Assembly: GCA_023667245.1 (NCBI GenBank)
Contig: JAMPAL010000004.1
Location: forward strand, 1,063 to 65,062
Source of the DNA: Anaeroplasma bactoclasticum
GTDB taxonomy: Bacteria; Bacillota_I; Bacilli_A; ML615J-28; CAG-313
Direction: 5' to 3'
Length of the DNA: 64,000 nt
The notes under the pieces were generated by a model. That model ran no database searches. It was not told where the DNA came from and worked only from the letters and a program-made list of their open reading frames with translations. Shown here piece after piece: positions 9,839 to 19,535 of this stretch. The first letter of the stretch is position 1. Each line of letters opens with the position of its first letter. The translations under genes were made by a program, and so were the position numbers.

Positions 9839-10647
9839 AACGTCCAAACACACGAAAAATAGTTGCAAAAAGTTATTTATATTTGATATTGTTTTTGATG
9901 TATTTGCCAATCTTGGTTCTCATTGTTTTTTCCTTTACCAAAAGTGTGGAGCTTGGCGTTTGGACTGGCTTTTCTCTACAATTATACAAAGACCTATTTG
10001 CCAATGACTCTTTAATGAAGGCAATTGGAAATACAGTACTGATTGCTTTTGTTTCAGCAGTGGTATCAACTCTACTTGGAACAATGGGGGCAGTAGGTAC
10101 ATTTTATGCTAGAAGAAGGTACAAAAAAGCGGTGGAGACGGCTACGCAACTCCCTGTGGTGAATGCGGAAATTGTAATGGCTTTGTCGCTTGCGGTATTA
10201 TTCAAATCATTGAATCTCAGTTATACCTTTTGGACATTATTGATTGGTCATGTGGTATTAACGGTTGCATTCGTATATTTGAATGTCAAACCCAAATTGG
10301 TACAAATGGATGCAAGCATTTATGAAGCAGCACTAGATTTAGGGGCAACGCCATGGTATGCTTTATTTAAAGTTGTTCTTCCTGAAATTTTGCCAGGTAT
10401 TTTTTCAGGGTTCTTACTTTCTATTACATTATCACTCGATGACTTTGTCATTACTCAATATTTAAAAGAACCTTCTTTTGAAACGATATCTACCTATATT
10501 CAAAAAATTGTAGTAAAGCATCCTATTCCACCTGAGGTAAGAGCATTAAGCACAATCTTATTCTTGGTTGTATTAGGGGCGGTCATTGCAATTACCGTAT
10601 ATAATAATAAAAAGGCTGCCAAAGTAGCCACTATGCGGAGGAAGTAA
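9832..10647 (+). CDS. potC: spermidine/putrescine ABC transporter permease
   Basis: Multi-TM protein with an EAA-type loop (EAALDLGATPWYALFKVVLPEI). Overlaps the potB stop. Confidence 0.85.
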   Translation: MVKRPNTRKIVAKSYLYLILFLMYLPILVLIVFSFTKSVELGVWTGFSLQLYKDLFANDSLMKAIGNTVLIAFVSAVVSTLLGTMGAVGTFYARRRYKKAVETATQLPVVNAEIVMALSLAVLFKSLNLSYTFWTLLIGHVVLTVAFVYLNVKPKLVQMDASIYEAALDLGATPWYALFKVVLPEILPGIFSGFLLSITLSLDDFVITQYLKEPSFETISTYIQKIVVKHPIPPEVRALSTILFLVVLGAVIAITVYNNKKAAKVATMRRK

Positions 10648-10649
10648 CA

Positions 10650-12398
10650 ATGAAAAAGACAGTATTTACATTGATTTTGATGATTGGCTTGTCTATTGGT
10701 TTAGCCAATATAACTAAAGCAAATGCGAAAAGCAAATTTGCAGGTTCTACTCTTACGATTTATAATGTAGAAGACTATATTTCGAATGGTGAGGATGGAT
10801 ATGTGGACTTGATTGCGGAATTTGAAGCCTTATATGATGTGAAAGTCAATTACTATACATATGATACCAATGAAACTATGTACAATCAATTTACGCTTCA
10901 AAAAGAAGGTACCTATGATTTGATTTGTACATCAGACTATATGATTCAAAAGATGATCAAGCAAGAATTGGTCATTCCAATGGAAGATTATGCGGAAAAA
11001 ATCCCTAATTATGAAAAATATGCATCTAAAGCTTTAAGAGAAAAACTCAAACAAATGGAAGTGCCTTATCAAGGCCAAACGGTAAATTTAGATGAGTTTG
11101 CGGTGGGATACATGTGGGGAACACTTGGGATTGTATATGATCCTACTTGTAGTGATACAATTTGTGAAGATGTAAAATCTTGGGATGTATTTTGGGATCC
11201 AAAATATAAGGATTTAATTTCCATTAAAAATTCGATTCGTGATGCTTTTGTTGCTGGATTGATGCATGCGTATAGCCAAGATGAGAGTTTTCAGAGTATC
11301 AAAAATGCATACTTAGAAAACCCAACTGAGGCTAATCAACTACGCTATAATCAGTTGGTTCAAGATATTTTTGATTTCAAATTAGATGGTTCTTTAGAAA
11401 GTGATCGTGAAAACAAGGAAAAAATCGCTCGTGTAAAACAAGAACTTATCAGTATGAAGGAAAACATTTTTGGATTTGAAGTAGACTCTGGAAAAAATGA
11501 TATTGTAACAGGAAGAATTAAACTGAATTTGGCCTATTCGGGTGATGCGGTATTTTCTATTGATACTGCAGAAGAAGAACAAGGAAAACGACTAGAATAT
11601 TATGTACCAGAAGATGGAAGTAACATTTGGTATGATGCTTGGACCATTCCCAAGGGAGCTAAAAATATTGAGCTTGCGTATGCATTTTTAGACTATTTAT
11701 CAGATCCAATCAATGCGGCTAGCAATATGGATTATATCGGCTATACGCCTTATATTGTCGGAGATGAATTGTTTACACTTGCTGGAGCATGGTATGGTGC
11801 AACGGATTATGCAGTAAATTGTGAGTACCTTGCAGAAAACGAATCAATGGTTATATATGAAAATCAGTTATATTGTTGTATAAAAGATAAACCAGCAGAT
11901 GTTATGATATATCCAGATAATGAGGAATACTTCGAACTTTGTGCATATGATCCTGAGGGGGAGTATGAAGAAGGGGAGATGGTATCATATGATGGAAAAA
12001 TATATCATTATATTGCAGAAGAAGCGGGCATTGTAGATGCCATTGAACAAATCGAAGTGTGGCAAGAAGTGGAGGCCTATGATTTATCCTATCTATTTGA
12101 AGGCACCCTTAGTGAGGGAAGAACTGCTGTCATTTATCCATTTCTCGGATATGAAAATAAACTGCAAACACAGTATCCTAGCGAAAATCTAATAGCAAGA
12201 TGTGCGATTATGAATGATTTTGATTCCTATAATGAACAAGTGGTTATTATGTGGAGTCAAGTGAAAGCTTATACCAATATGATACCAGTGTATATTTTCT
12301 TAGTTGTGACTGCAATCATAGTGATTGGTTTATCTATTCTTTATGTTACACGTAAACATATTACAATGAAATATAAGAAAAGAATGAGTCAAAAATAA
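10650..12398 (+). CDS. potD: polyamine-type ABC substrate-binding protein, extended (582 aa) with C-terminal TM anchor
   Basis: Signal peptide and PotD-like blocks (LTIYNVEDYI, YDLICTSDYMIQKM, NIWYDAWTIPKGAKN, AYAFLDYLSDP). Carries an inserted region and a C-terminal hydrophobic helix (IPVYIFLVVTAIIVIGLSILYV) followed by a basic tail. Confidence 0.8.
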   Translation: MKKTVFTLILMIGLSIGLANITKANAKSKFAGSTLTIYNVEDYISNGEDGYVDLIAEFEALYDVKVNYYTYDTNETMYNQFTLQKEGTYDLICTSDYMIQKMIKQELVIPMEDYAEKIPNYEKYASKALREKLKQMEVPYQGQTVNLDEFAVGYMWGTLGIVYDPTCSDTICEDVKSWDVFWDPKYKDLISIKNSIRDAFVAGLMHAYSQDESFQSIKNAYLENPTEANQLRYNQLVQDIFDFKLDGSLESDRENKEKIARVKQELISMKENIFGFEVDSGKNDIVTGRIKLNLAYSGDAVFSIDTAEEEQGKRLEYYVPEDGSNIWYDAWTIPKGAKNIELAYAFLDYLSDPINAASNMDYIGYTPYIVGDELFTLAGAWYGATDYAVNCEYLAENESMVIYENQLYCCIKDKPADVMIYPDNEEYFELCAYDPEGEYEEGEMVSYDGKIYHYIAEEAGIVDAIEQIEVWQEVEAYDLSYLFEGTLSEGRTAVIYPFLGYENKLQTQYPSENLIARCAIMNDFDSYNEQVVIMWSQVKAYTNMIPVYIFLVVTAIIVIGLSILYVTRKHITMKYKKRMSQK

Positions 12399-12403
12399 AA
12401 AGC

Positions 12404-12429
12404 GAATATCTTCGGATATTCCTTTTTTT
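12404..12429 (+). terminator. intrinsic terminator after potD
   Basis: GAATATC-ttcg-GATATTC stem followed by a T-run. Confidence 0.7.
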
Positions 12430-12468
12430 CTACTTCATTGAAATTTTAGATAACTTTGAATTGAATTA

Positions 12469-12498
12469 TTGGTAAAAATTCACAATGTGTAGTATAAT
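12469..12498 (+). promoter_or_regulatory. sigma-A promoter for uppS-cdsA-dxr-rseP
   Basis: TTGGTA, an 18-nt spacer, then TATAAT, upstream of uppS. Confidence 0.5.
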
Positions 12499-12521
12499 AT
12501 AACAATGTATAGGTGATACTG

Positions 12522-13268
12522 ATGAGAAAAGAAGAATTGTTAAAAAAAATACAATCTAAACCTCTTCCTAAACATATTGCACTCATTTTAGATGGCAATG
12601 GGAGATGGGCTAAAAAACGGGGACTTCCTCGTACAATGGGACACCATAAAGGAGCAAAAACATTACAAGAGATTGCTACAGTTGCGAATCAACTCGGGAT
12701 TTCTTATTTGACTTGTTATGTATTTAGTACAGAAAATTGGTCAAGGCCTCAAGAAGAAGTGGATTATATTATGAAGGAAGTTATTCGTTTATGTAACAAT
12801 TGGCCCAAAGCAAAGGAAAAAAATATTAAATTACAAATGATAGGGTCTAGAAAGCATGTTTTACCTACTGTTTTATCTGCTATTGATGAGGCAATTGAAC
12901 AAACAAAGAATTGTACAGGTCTCACACTTTCTTTTGCTTTTAACTATGGAGGAAAAGAAGAAATTATTCAAGCTACGAAATCAATTGCAAAACTTGTTCA
13001 AGAAGGAAAATTACCAGTAGATGCTATCAATGAATCTGTTTTTGAAGGACATCTTTATACCTACAATATGCCAATGGTGGACTTTATGGTTCGAACAAGT
13101 GGCGAAATGAGGATTAGTAACTTTTTATTGTGGCAAATTGCGTATGCGGAAATGTATTTTCCTAAAACATACTGGCCAGATTTTCATGAAAAAGAATTTT
13201 ATGTAGCAATAGAGGAATATCAAAGTAGACATCGTCGCTTTGGTGGATTGGAGGATAAATTATGCTAA
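12522..13268 (+). CDS. uppS: isoprenyl transferase (undecaprenyl diphosphate synthase)
   Basis: Motifs HIALILDGNGRWA, FSTENWSRP and RTSGEMRISNFLLWQ. ATG 12522 lies 6 nt after AGGTGA. An in-frame GTG at 12513 is an alternative start. Confidence 0.9.
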   Translation: MRKEELLKKIQSKPLPKHIALILDGNGRWAKKRGLPRTMGHHKGAKTLQEIATVANQLGISYLTCYVFSTENWSRPQEEVDYIMKEVIRLCNNWPKAKEKNIKLQMIGSRKHVLPTVLSAIDEAIEQTKNCTGLTLSFAFNYGGKEEIIQATKSIAKLVQEGKLPVDAINESVFEGHLYTYNMPMVDFMVRTSGEMRISNFLLWQIAYAEMYFPKTYWPDFHEKEFYVAIEEYQSRHRRFGGLEDKLC

Positions 13269-14206
13269 AACGTGTCATTACAGGTGCGATTATGTTTTTA
13301 GTATTTGCCCCATTTATACTTTTAGGGGGGTGGGCATCTACTATATTATTTTCTGTACTGGCTTATATAGGTACATTTGAATTACTTCGTATGTATAGAA
13401 GTAAAAATGCAATACCCAAAGCATGTTTATACATTATTCCTATTTTTTCTAGTCTAATGGTTTTATCAGTTGGATATAACGGAATTGATATGAGTAGCGT
13501 AGAAAACTGTTTAGAAGATATTATGTATACATTGATTTTAAGTATCGTAACATTATCATTTATTGGCATTTTGGGCAAAGGGATTGCTATGAAGGATATT
13601 GTCTTTTTTATCTTTGCCCTGATTTATAGTGGGTTTTCTTTTGCAATCATGACAGGACTAAGAAATAGTGTTTTGGTAAATGGTCTTTCATCTGCGTCGA
13701 ATAGTGGATATTGGGTTTTATTTGGTGTAATTGAAATCAACTGGGTAGGACTAGTCTTGTTTGGATATGTTCTATTGACTACAATGTTTACTGATATCGG
13801 TGCATATCAATTTGGTGTTCTTTTTGGAAAAAAGAAGTTATGTCCTAATATTAGTCCTAAAAAAACAGTGGAAGGAAGTATTGCCGGGACGATTTGTGGT
13901 GCTCTAGTAGGAACTGCGTTTATTGTTATGGTAAAACAATTTGTTCCCGAATTTTCTTTTACGCACTTTCCTCAATTTGGTAATATTTATTTGTTTTCTT
14001 TAGTGATGTTTTGTATTTCTATTTTACTCAGTGTAGCGGGCCAAATTGGTGATTTGGTTGCTTCTAAACTCAAAAGAGAGTATGAAATCAAAGATTTTGG
14101 ACAAATTTTTCCAGGTCATGGTGGTGTATTAGATCGTTTTGATTCTACGATTTTAACAACACTATTGTTTACAGCAATCTTATTTTTAATGGGGGCGTTT
14201 TCATGA
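13262..14206 (+). CDS. cdsA: phosphatidate cytidylyltransferase
   Basis: Multi-TM protein with the C-terminal CTP-transferase signature SKLKREYEIKDFGQIFPGHGGVLDRFDS. Conserved uppS-cdsA order. Confidence 0.85.
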   Translation: MLKRVITGAIMFLVFAPFILLGGWASTILFSVLAYIGTFELLRMYRSKNAIPKACLYIIPIFSSLMVLSVGYNGIDMSSVENCLEDIMYTLILSIVTLSFIGILGKGIAMKDIVFFIFALIYSGFSFAIMTGLRNSVLVNGLSSASNSGYWVLFGVIEINWVGLVLFGYVLLTTMFTDIGAYQFGVLFGKKKLCPNISPKKTVEGSIAGTICGALVGTAFIVMVKQFVPEFSFTHFPQFGNIYLFSLVMFCISILLSVAGQIGDLVASKLKREYEIKDFGQIFPGHGGVLDRFDSTILTTLLFTAILFLMGAFS

Positions 14207-15360
14207 AAAATATTTTATTGTTAGGAGCAACTGGTTCAATTGGCACACAAGTGCTAGATTTCGTTCGAGAAAACGAAGACTATGTTTTATCGGCATTTAG
14301 TTTTGGAAATAATGTAAATAGAGCTGAAGAAATTATTGTGGAATTTCATCCTGAGGTTGTGTGCGGCATTCATGGTTATGATGTTGCGAAATTGCAGGAA
14401 AAATATCCTGATATCAAATATGTGATTGGAGATATTGGTCTACAACAAATTGCTTCTGCTCAAATTGAAAATCCTGTGTTTATCAATGCATTAGTAGGAG
14501 CAGTGGGTTTAATGCCTACTGTGACAGCAATTGAAAATAAGATGGATGTATATCTTGCCAATAAAGAGTCCTTGGTTATGGGAGGCGAAATTATTATGCA
14601 AAAGGCAAGAGAAAAAAATGTACGAATCATTCCTATTGATAGTGAACATAGTGCTATTTATCAATTATTAGAAGGGAAAAACAAAGAAGACATTCGAAAA
14701 TTATGGATTACTGCAAGTGGGGGTGCTTTTCGAGATTTACCACGAGAAGCTCTTGAACATGTCAGTGTAGAACAAGCCTTACAACACCCAAATTGGAAAA
14801 TGGGGAAAAAGATTACGATTGATAGTGCAACAATGATGAATAAAGGTTTTGAATTGATTGAAGCACATTATTTATTTGATATAGATATTGATGCAATCGT
14901 GCCTATTTTACATCCAGAAAGCATTGTTCATTCAATGATTGAATTTCGTGATGGAAGTATTTTTGCGCAAATGGCTTCCTCTGATATGCATTTACCTATT
15001 TTATATGCATTAGAAGGACCAAGACATTTATCTAGTGAAGTCATTACCCCACTTAATTTGACAAAGGTTGGTGCACTTCATTTTGAAGAAGTATCGTTTC
15101 AGAGGTATCCGCTAGTTGCCCTAGCTATTTCGGCTTTTAAAACAGGAAAATTGCAATGTACGATTTTAAATGCTGCAAATGAAGCGGCTGTACAATTGTT
15201 TTTAGAAGGTAAAATTGCTTTTTTAGAGATTGAAACGATTATTGCTCAAGCTTTAGAGAATCCGCAATATCAAGGATTTAATCAAGGTGATATTAGCATA
15301 CCTAAAATGATGACATTACATGAATTGGTTTATCAATCTATTTATCATCAATTTCATTAG
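14203..15360 (+). CDS. dxr: 1-deoxy-D-xylulose 5-phosphate reductoisomerase
   Basis: Motifs LLGATGSIGTQ, LANKESLV, DSEHSAI and MNKGFELIEA. ATGA overlap with cdsA. Confidence 0.95.
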   Translation: MKNILLLGATGSIGTQVLDFVRENEDYVLSAFSFGNNVNRAEEIIVEFHPEVVCGIHGYDVAKLQEKYPDIKYVIGDIGLQQIASAQIENPVFINALVGAVGLMPTVTAIENKMDVYLANKESLVMGGEIIMQKAREKNVRIIPIDSEHSAIYQLLEGKNKEDIRKLWITASGGAFRDLPREALEHVSVEQALQHPNWKMGKKITIDSATMMNKGFELIEAHYLFDIDIDAIVPILHPESIVHSMIEFRDGSIFAQMASSDMHLPILYALEGPRHLSSEVITPLNLTKVGALHFEEVSFQRYPLVALAISAFKTGKLQCTILNAANEAAVQLFLEGKIAFLEIETIIAQALENPQYQGFNQGDISIPKMMTLHELVYQSIYHQFH

Positions 15361-15375
15361 AAGGGAGTAAAGAAA

Positions 15376-16983
15376 ATGAATTTTTTATGGATATTAATTG
15401 GCCTTGTGATATTCGCAATTGTGATGACCATTTTGGTTGCGATTCATGAGGGAGGACATTTCATTGCCGCGAAAAAAGCAGGGATTTTATGTCATGAGTT
15501 TTCGATTGGTATGGGACCAATCATTTATCAAAAGAAAAAAGGAGAAACTGTTTATTCTATTCGTGCTTTGCCAATTGGTGGTTTCGTATCAATGGCAGGA
15601 GAGGAAGTAGAAGATAATGTACTCAAGGGTATTCAAAAAGTGAAGTTACAATTGGATGAAGCAGGTAGAGTCACCAAAATCATCATTAATTTGGATAATC
15701 CTAAATATAAAGATTTACCAGTATATCAACTGGTTTCTTATGACCTTATTGGTACCAAAGCAGCTTTACCTGATGAATTATTTATTGAAGTTACAGAAGA
15801 AAATGGGAACACTTCTAATCGATACATTGTCAATCGAGATTGCTTGGTGAATTATCAGAAGAAAGAGGAAATTCAAATTGCGCCATATGATAGAAATTTT
15901 GTCAACAAACCATTATTGAATCGTTTTCTAAGTGTGTTTGCTGGTCCATTTATGAATTTTGTATTGGCTATATTTATCTTCTTTTTAATTGGATTATTTG
16001 CAGGATATGCAGATACAGAGCATACCATTTTAGGTGGTGTCACAGTAGTAGAAGGTTCAAATAACACTTTAGAAGTCGGAGATGAACTAGAATCTATTAA
16101 CGGTGTATCCCTAAAGGATTGGGCGAGTATTTCTACAGTGTTAGATAGTATTGCACAAGGCGGAGAAAAATTCACTGGAAGCATTACGGTTGTTGCCAAA
16201 GGGAAGGATCCTATTGTGATTCATCCGAGTGTTTTTATTTATTCCATTGAGTTAGCTTTTAAGGTAGATGGAACCAATGAAGCCATAATTGGTAGTTATT
16301 CAAGTAACAATGATAAAACCAAGGCATATAAGGCTGGACTAAGAGAAGGGGATAAAATTATTGCTATTAATGGGGATACAACCCTATCGACCAAATCAGC
16401 ACTATTGGCTTACTTTACCTCTAAAGAATTAGAAAAAGGTCAAAAATTAGAAATTACATATGAACGTGATGGTGTGGCGAAAACAACGGAAATTGAAAAT
16501 TATAGTAAAAAGGTACTTGATGCACAAGGTATAGTGGCAACAAAAGTACAATTAGGTATTACTTGTCAAAATAAATTTCATCTAGGTAAATTATTATATA
16601 TGCCATTCGTAGAAACAGCTGAATCTTGTACAATGATTTTCAAAACATTAGGCGCTCTTTTTACAGATAAGTCTATTGGCGTAGATGATTTAAGTGGACC
16701 AGTAGGAATTTTCAATTTATTGAAAGAGGCCACTAAACAAGGTATTTTAACATTATTGAGTTGGGTAGCCATTTTGAGTGTCAATTTAGGATTCATCAAC
16801 TTATTGCCACTACCTGCTTTAGATGGTGGACGCCTTGCTTTTATGGTATATGAAGCGATTACAAAGAAAAAACCAAGTCCAAAGGTAGAAAATACCATTC
16901 ACACCATTGGATTCTTGCTACTTATGGCCTTGATGTTATTTATTTCTTTTAATGATATTTTACGATGTATAGGAATTAAATAA
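15376..16983 (+). CDS. rseP: RIP metalloprotease (site-2 protease, M50 family)
   Basis: HExxH (HEGGHF), NLLPLPALDGG, and two PDZ-like segments (EVGDELESINGVSL, LREGDKIIAINGD). Conserved position after dxr. Confidence 0.9.
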   Translation: MNFLWILIGLVIFAIVMTILVAIHEGGHFIAAKKAGILCHEFSIGMGPIIYQKKKGETVYSIRALPIGGFVSMAGEEVEDNVLKGIQKVKLQLDEAGRVTKIIINLDNPKYKDLPVYQLVSYDLIGTKAALPDELFIEVTEENGNTSNRYIVNRDCLVNYQKKEEIQIAPYDRNFVNKPLLNRFLSVFAGPFMNFVLAIFIFFLIGLFAGYADTEHTILGGVTVVEGSNNTLEVGDELESINGVSLKDWASISTVLDSIAQGGEKFTGSITVVAKGKDPIVIHPSVFIYSIELAFKVDGTNEAIIGSYSSNNDKTKAYKAGLREGDKIIAINGDTTLSTKSALLAYFTSKELEKGQKLEITYERDGVAKTTEIENYSKKVLDAQGIVATKVQLGITCQNKFHLGKLLYMPFVETAESCTMIFKTLGALFTDKSIGVDDLSGPVGIFNLLKEATKQGILTLLSWVAILSVNLGFINLLPLPALDGGRLAFMVYEAITKKKPSPKVENTIHTIGFLLLMALMLFISFNDILRCIGIK

Positions 16984-17483
16984 TGAAAAGATATTTTTTC
17001 TTTTTGATGCTATGCTTGTGCTGTATGGGCAGTATGGGATGTAAAAAACAATCAAAAGTTCAGTATGTAGGTGTTTATATTGAAGTGGTTGATACAGTTG
17101 AAAAATCACTTATGGACGATAATATTAAATTATACATTGATGTAACAAAAAATAACCGATTTGAAGAGGTGAATCGGTTAACTGAATATCAAAATGTTTG
17201 CAACAGTAAAACATGCAATCTATATCAAGAAGATGGGGTAGAAGTGTATGATTTTAGCGCTGTATATACGATTACGTTTCCCATTCATCTCGATAAAAAG
17301 AAAATAGATGTTTATTCAATTGTATATCAAGATAATGAATTTGTTATTGATACACAAACGAAAAAAAGTATCACTTTAGAAACCAATCAATCAAAAGGTG
17401 TGCTTTTGAGTGAGTCTTATCGATTGAAAAAGCAGGACTATCATCTCAAGGCAACGATAAAAATTATCAAAAAGGAAGTGTAA
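16983..17483 (+). CDS. putative lipoprotein, unknown function
   Basis: N-terminal signal with a lipobox-like GSMGC. TAATG overlap with the rseP stop. No recognisable domain. Confidence 0.55.
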   Translation: MKRYFFFLMLCLCCMGSMGCKKQSKVQYVGVYIEVVDTVEKSLMDDNIKLYIDVTKNNRFEEVNRLTEYQNVCNSKTCNLYQEDGVEVYDFSAVYTITFPIHLDKKKIDVYSIVYQDNEFVIDTQTKKSITLETNQSKGVLLSESYRLKKQDYHLKATIKIIKKEV

Positions 17484-17486
17484 ATA

Positions 17487-18623
17487 ATGAAAGGTTTTAA
17501 AAATACTTGGATTGTAACAGCAGAAGGACTACAAAAAACAGCCCTTACTTATGGAAAAAATTTTGAATCAATTGGTCAACCCGATGATAGTCTGATTGAA
17601 CTACCTGATGATTATGTAGTGGTTCCTGGATTTATTGATGAGCATGTCCATGGCGCTGCAGGTAGTGATGCAATGGATGGTACAATTGAAGATTTATCTA
17701 CGATTGCTCAAGCCTTAGCCAGTGAAGGGACAACCGCTTTTCTTGCAACTACAATGACACAAAGTCCAGAAAACATTATTAAGGCGCTGGAAGCTGTTAA
17801 GCAATATAAAGCGTCTAACTATACACAAGGTGCCGAAATTCTTGGTGTTCATTTAGAAGGGCCATTTATTTCTAAAGATTTCGTGGGTGCACAACCAATT
17901 GAATATGTAGCAGCACCAAAGGTAGATACGTTCAAGGTTTATCAAGAAGCATCAGGAAATACGATTAAAGTAGTTACACTTGCACCAGAAGTAGAAGGAT
18001 GCGATGAATTGATTCGATATCTTGCTAGTCAAGGTATTGTTGCTTCCATTGGTCATACCAACGCCAAATACGCTGATGTAGAAAAGGCTGTTTTAGCAGG
18101 AGCTAAAACATTTACCCACACATACAATGCAATGAAGCCAGTTCATCATCGTGAAATTGGAACCGTGGGATCAGCCTATTTATTTGATTGTATGACTTGT
18201 GAATGCATTTGTGATGGTATTCATGTCAGTGAACCAGCTATTCGTTTATTACATAAAAACAAACCTAGTGGTAAATTTATTTTGATTACTGATGCTATGC
18301 GGGCAAAACATATGCCAGATGGTGTATCAGAGTTAGGCGGCCAAGTGGTCATTGTAAAAAATGGGGAAGCAAGACTAGAAAATGGAACGCTTGCGGGGAG
18401 CGTACTGAAAATGAATCAAGCTGTAAAGAATGTAATGGGTTTCTTGAACTTGCCTATTGAAGAGGTTGTAAAATTTGCTTCATTATATCCTGCTCAAAAT
18501 TTAGGAGTGGATCAATATTTGGGTAGCATTGAAGTGGGAAAACGCGCTGATTTTGTTGTGTTAGACAAAGCATTAAATGTCGTTGCAACTGTTCGTTCTG
18601 GTCAATTGATTTATCAAAAATAA
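17487..18623 (+). CDS. nagA: N-acetylglucosamine-6-phosphate deacetylase
   Basis: Amidohydrolase motifs PGFIDEHVHG, HLEGPF, IGHTNA, THTYNAM and ITDAM. Confidence 0.9.
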   Translation: MKGFKNTWIVTAEGLQKTALTYGKNFESIGQPDDSLIELPDDYVVVPGFIDEHVHGAAGSDAMDGTIEDLSTIAQALASEGTTAFLATTMTQSPENIIKALEAVKQYKASNYTQGAEILGVHLEGPFISKDFVGAQPIEYVAAPKVDTFKVYQEASGNTIKVVTLAPEVEGCDELIRYLASQGIVASIGHTNAKYADVEKAVLAGAKTFTHTYNAMKPVHHREIGTVGSAYLFDCMTCECICDGIHVSEPAIRLLHKNKPSGKFILITDAMRAKHMPDGVSELGGQVVIVKNGEARLENGTLAGSVLKMNQAVKNVMGFLNLPIEEVVKFASLYPAQNLGVDQYLGSIEVGKRADFVVLDKALNVVATVRSGQLIYQK

Positions 18624-18626
18624 CAG

Positions 18627-18661
18627 AAAAAATACTTATACTTGCAGTATAAGTATTTTTT
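18627..18661 (+). terminator. intrinsic terminator after nagA
   Basis: AATACTTATACT-tgc-AGTATAAGTATT stem followed by TTTTT. Confidence 0.8.
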
Positions 18662-18763
18662 ATATGGTTTGGTTTAGGAATAAATGCGTTTCAAAGCCGA
18701 ATTAGATGAGGTAGAATAAGGTGATATTCAATTATATACATAAAAATACATAGCATACATAAA

Positions 18764-18792
18764 TTGACAAAATATAGAAAATATAATATAAT
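18764..18792 (+). promoter_or_regulatory. sigma-A promoter of the first ABC module
   Basis: TTGACA, a 17-nt spacer, then TATAAT. The ORF-track start at 18764 is the TTG of this -35 box. Confidence 0.6.
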
Positions 18793-18844
18793 AGAAGATG
18801 GAAAAATAGAAATTCAGTCGTTGACAAAATTAAAGGAGGTAACG

Positions 18845-19531
18845 ATGAAACAAAAATTAAATCAATTATTTATTGTGATTTGGGCAGTTATCCTATTAGT
18901 ATACAATGTGGTGTTGTTTTTACTGGTAAACCAATTCAAAAGGGAACTTTTTGATAAACCTGCTTTTTGGGTGAATTATGCATGGATGATGATTGCCTTT
19001 TTGATTTGGTTAGGCGTAGAATTGATTGCCAAATCAACCAAGAAAGGGAATCTTCGTCCTTTAACTGCTACGATTTATCCATTTCTAGCAGTGAGTTTTT
19101 TAGCTACTAGCATATTGTATTTTTTTGTTATGAATATCGTGTTAATCGGTATTATCATTCCCATGATCATTGTGATAGGATTATTTGCAGTCTGTTATTG
19201 TCTTGCCAGTGTACAAACAACAGTGCTAGAACAATCAACAAAGCCATCAAAGGGACTCTTGCGTGTAGAAGATTTATCTATCTATTTTAGTGAAATTGAA
19301 CAATGCACAACAGACAATACACAAAGGGCACTACATCATTTGACGATTTTATGTAGAGATTTACACTCTGTTGAAAAAGGAGAAGAAGTGAAGCAACTTG
19401 AAAAAAGAATTTATGAATATGCTTCATTTATTGAAAAGGATGTCCAACAAGGCGAGGATTCCAATGTATATCTACATATTGAAAAAGTTGAACAATTATT
19501 AAAAGAAAGGGCTAATTTAATAGCAAAATAA
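18845..19531 (+). CDS. membrane protein (about 4 TM plus cytoplasmic helical tail), unknown function
   Basis: ATG 18845 lies 6 nt after AAAGGAGG. Four hydrophobic helices are followed by a charged C-terminal region of roughly 85 aa (my estimate). First gene of a three-gene unit with an ABC ATPase. Confidence 0.6.
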   Translation: MKQKLNQLFIVIWAVILLVYNVVLFLLVNQFKRELFDKPAFWVNYAWMMIAFLIWLGVELIAKSTKKGNLRPLTATIYPFLAVSFLATSILYFFVMNIVLIGIIIPMIIVIGLFAVCYCLASVQTTVLEQSTKPSKGLLRVEDLSIYFSEIEQCTTDNTQRALHHLTILCRDLHSVEKGEEVKQLEKRIYEYASFIEKDVQQGEDSNVYLHIEKVEQLLKERANLIAK

Positions 19532-19535
19532 TACT

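Noticed and set aside
14203-14206. Alternative genetic code with UGA as Trp, considered because of the AT-richness and Mollicute-like transporter architecture
   Set aside because: Several well-conserved genes (aroA, cdsA) terminate at UGA at the expected length, with the next gene starting in an overlapping ATGA. The standard code 11 applies.
15873-16898. 108-aa and 106-aa minus-strand ORFs inside rseP
   Set aside because: These are shadow ORFs antisense to a conserved CDS, with no independent support.
15376-16983. Oversized RseP (535 aa) as a possible novel fusion
   Set aside because: The extra length is explained by the cytoplasmic insertion after the HExxH motif that is typical of Firmicute RasP-type proteins, plus two PDZ-like segments. 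No foreign domain is evident.
18764-18844. ORF-track N-terminal extensions at 18764, 21940, 28674, 32550, 40451, 41037, 43164, 52865, 56959 and 59501
   Set aside because: In each case the extension runs through a promoter box, a terminator hairpin or the preceding gene. A downstream in-frame start has a properly spaced Shine-Dalgarno sequence and restores the conserved family N-terminus.
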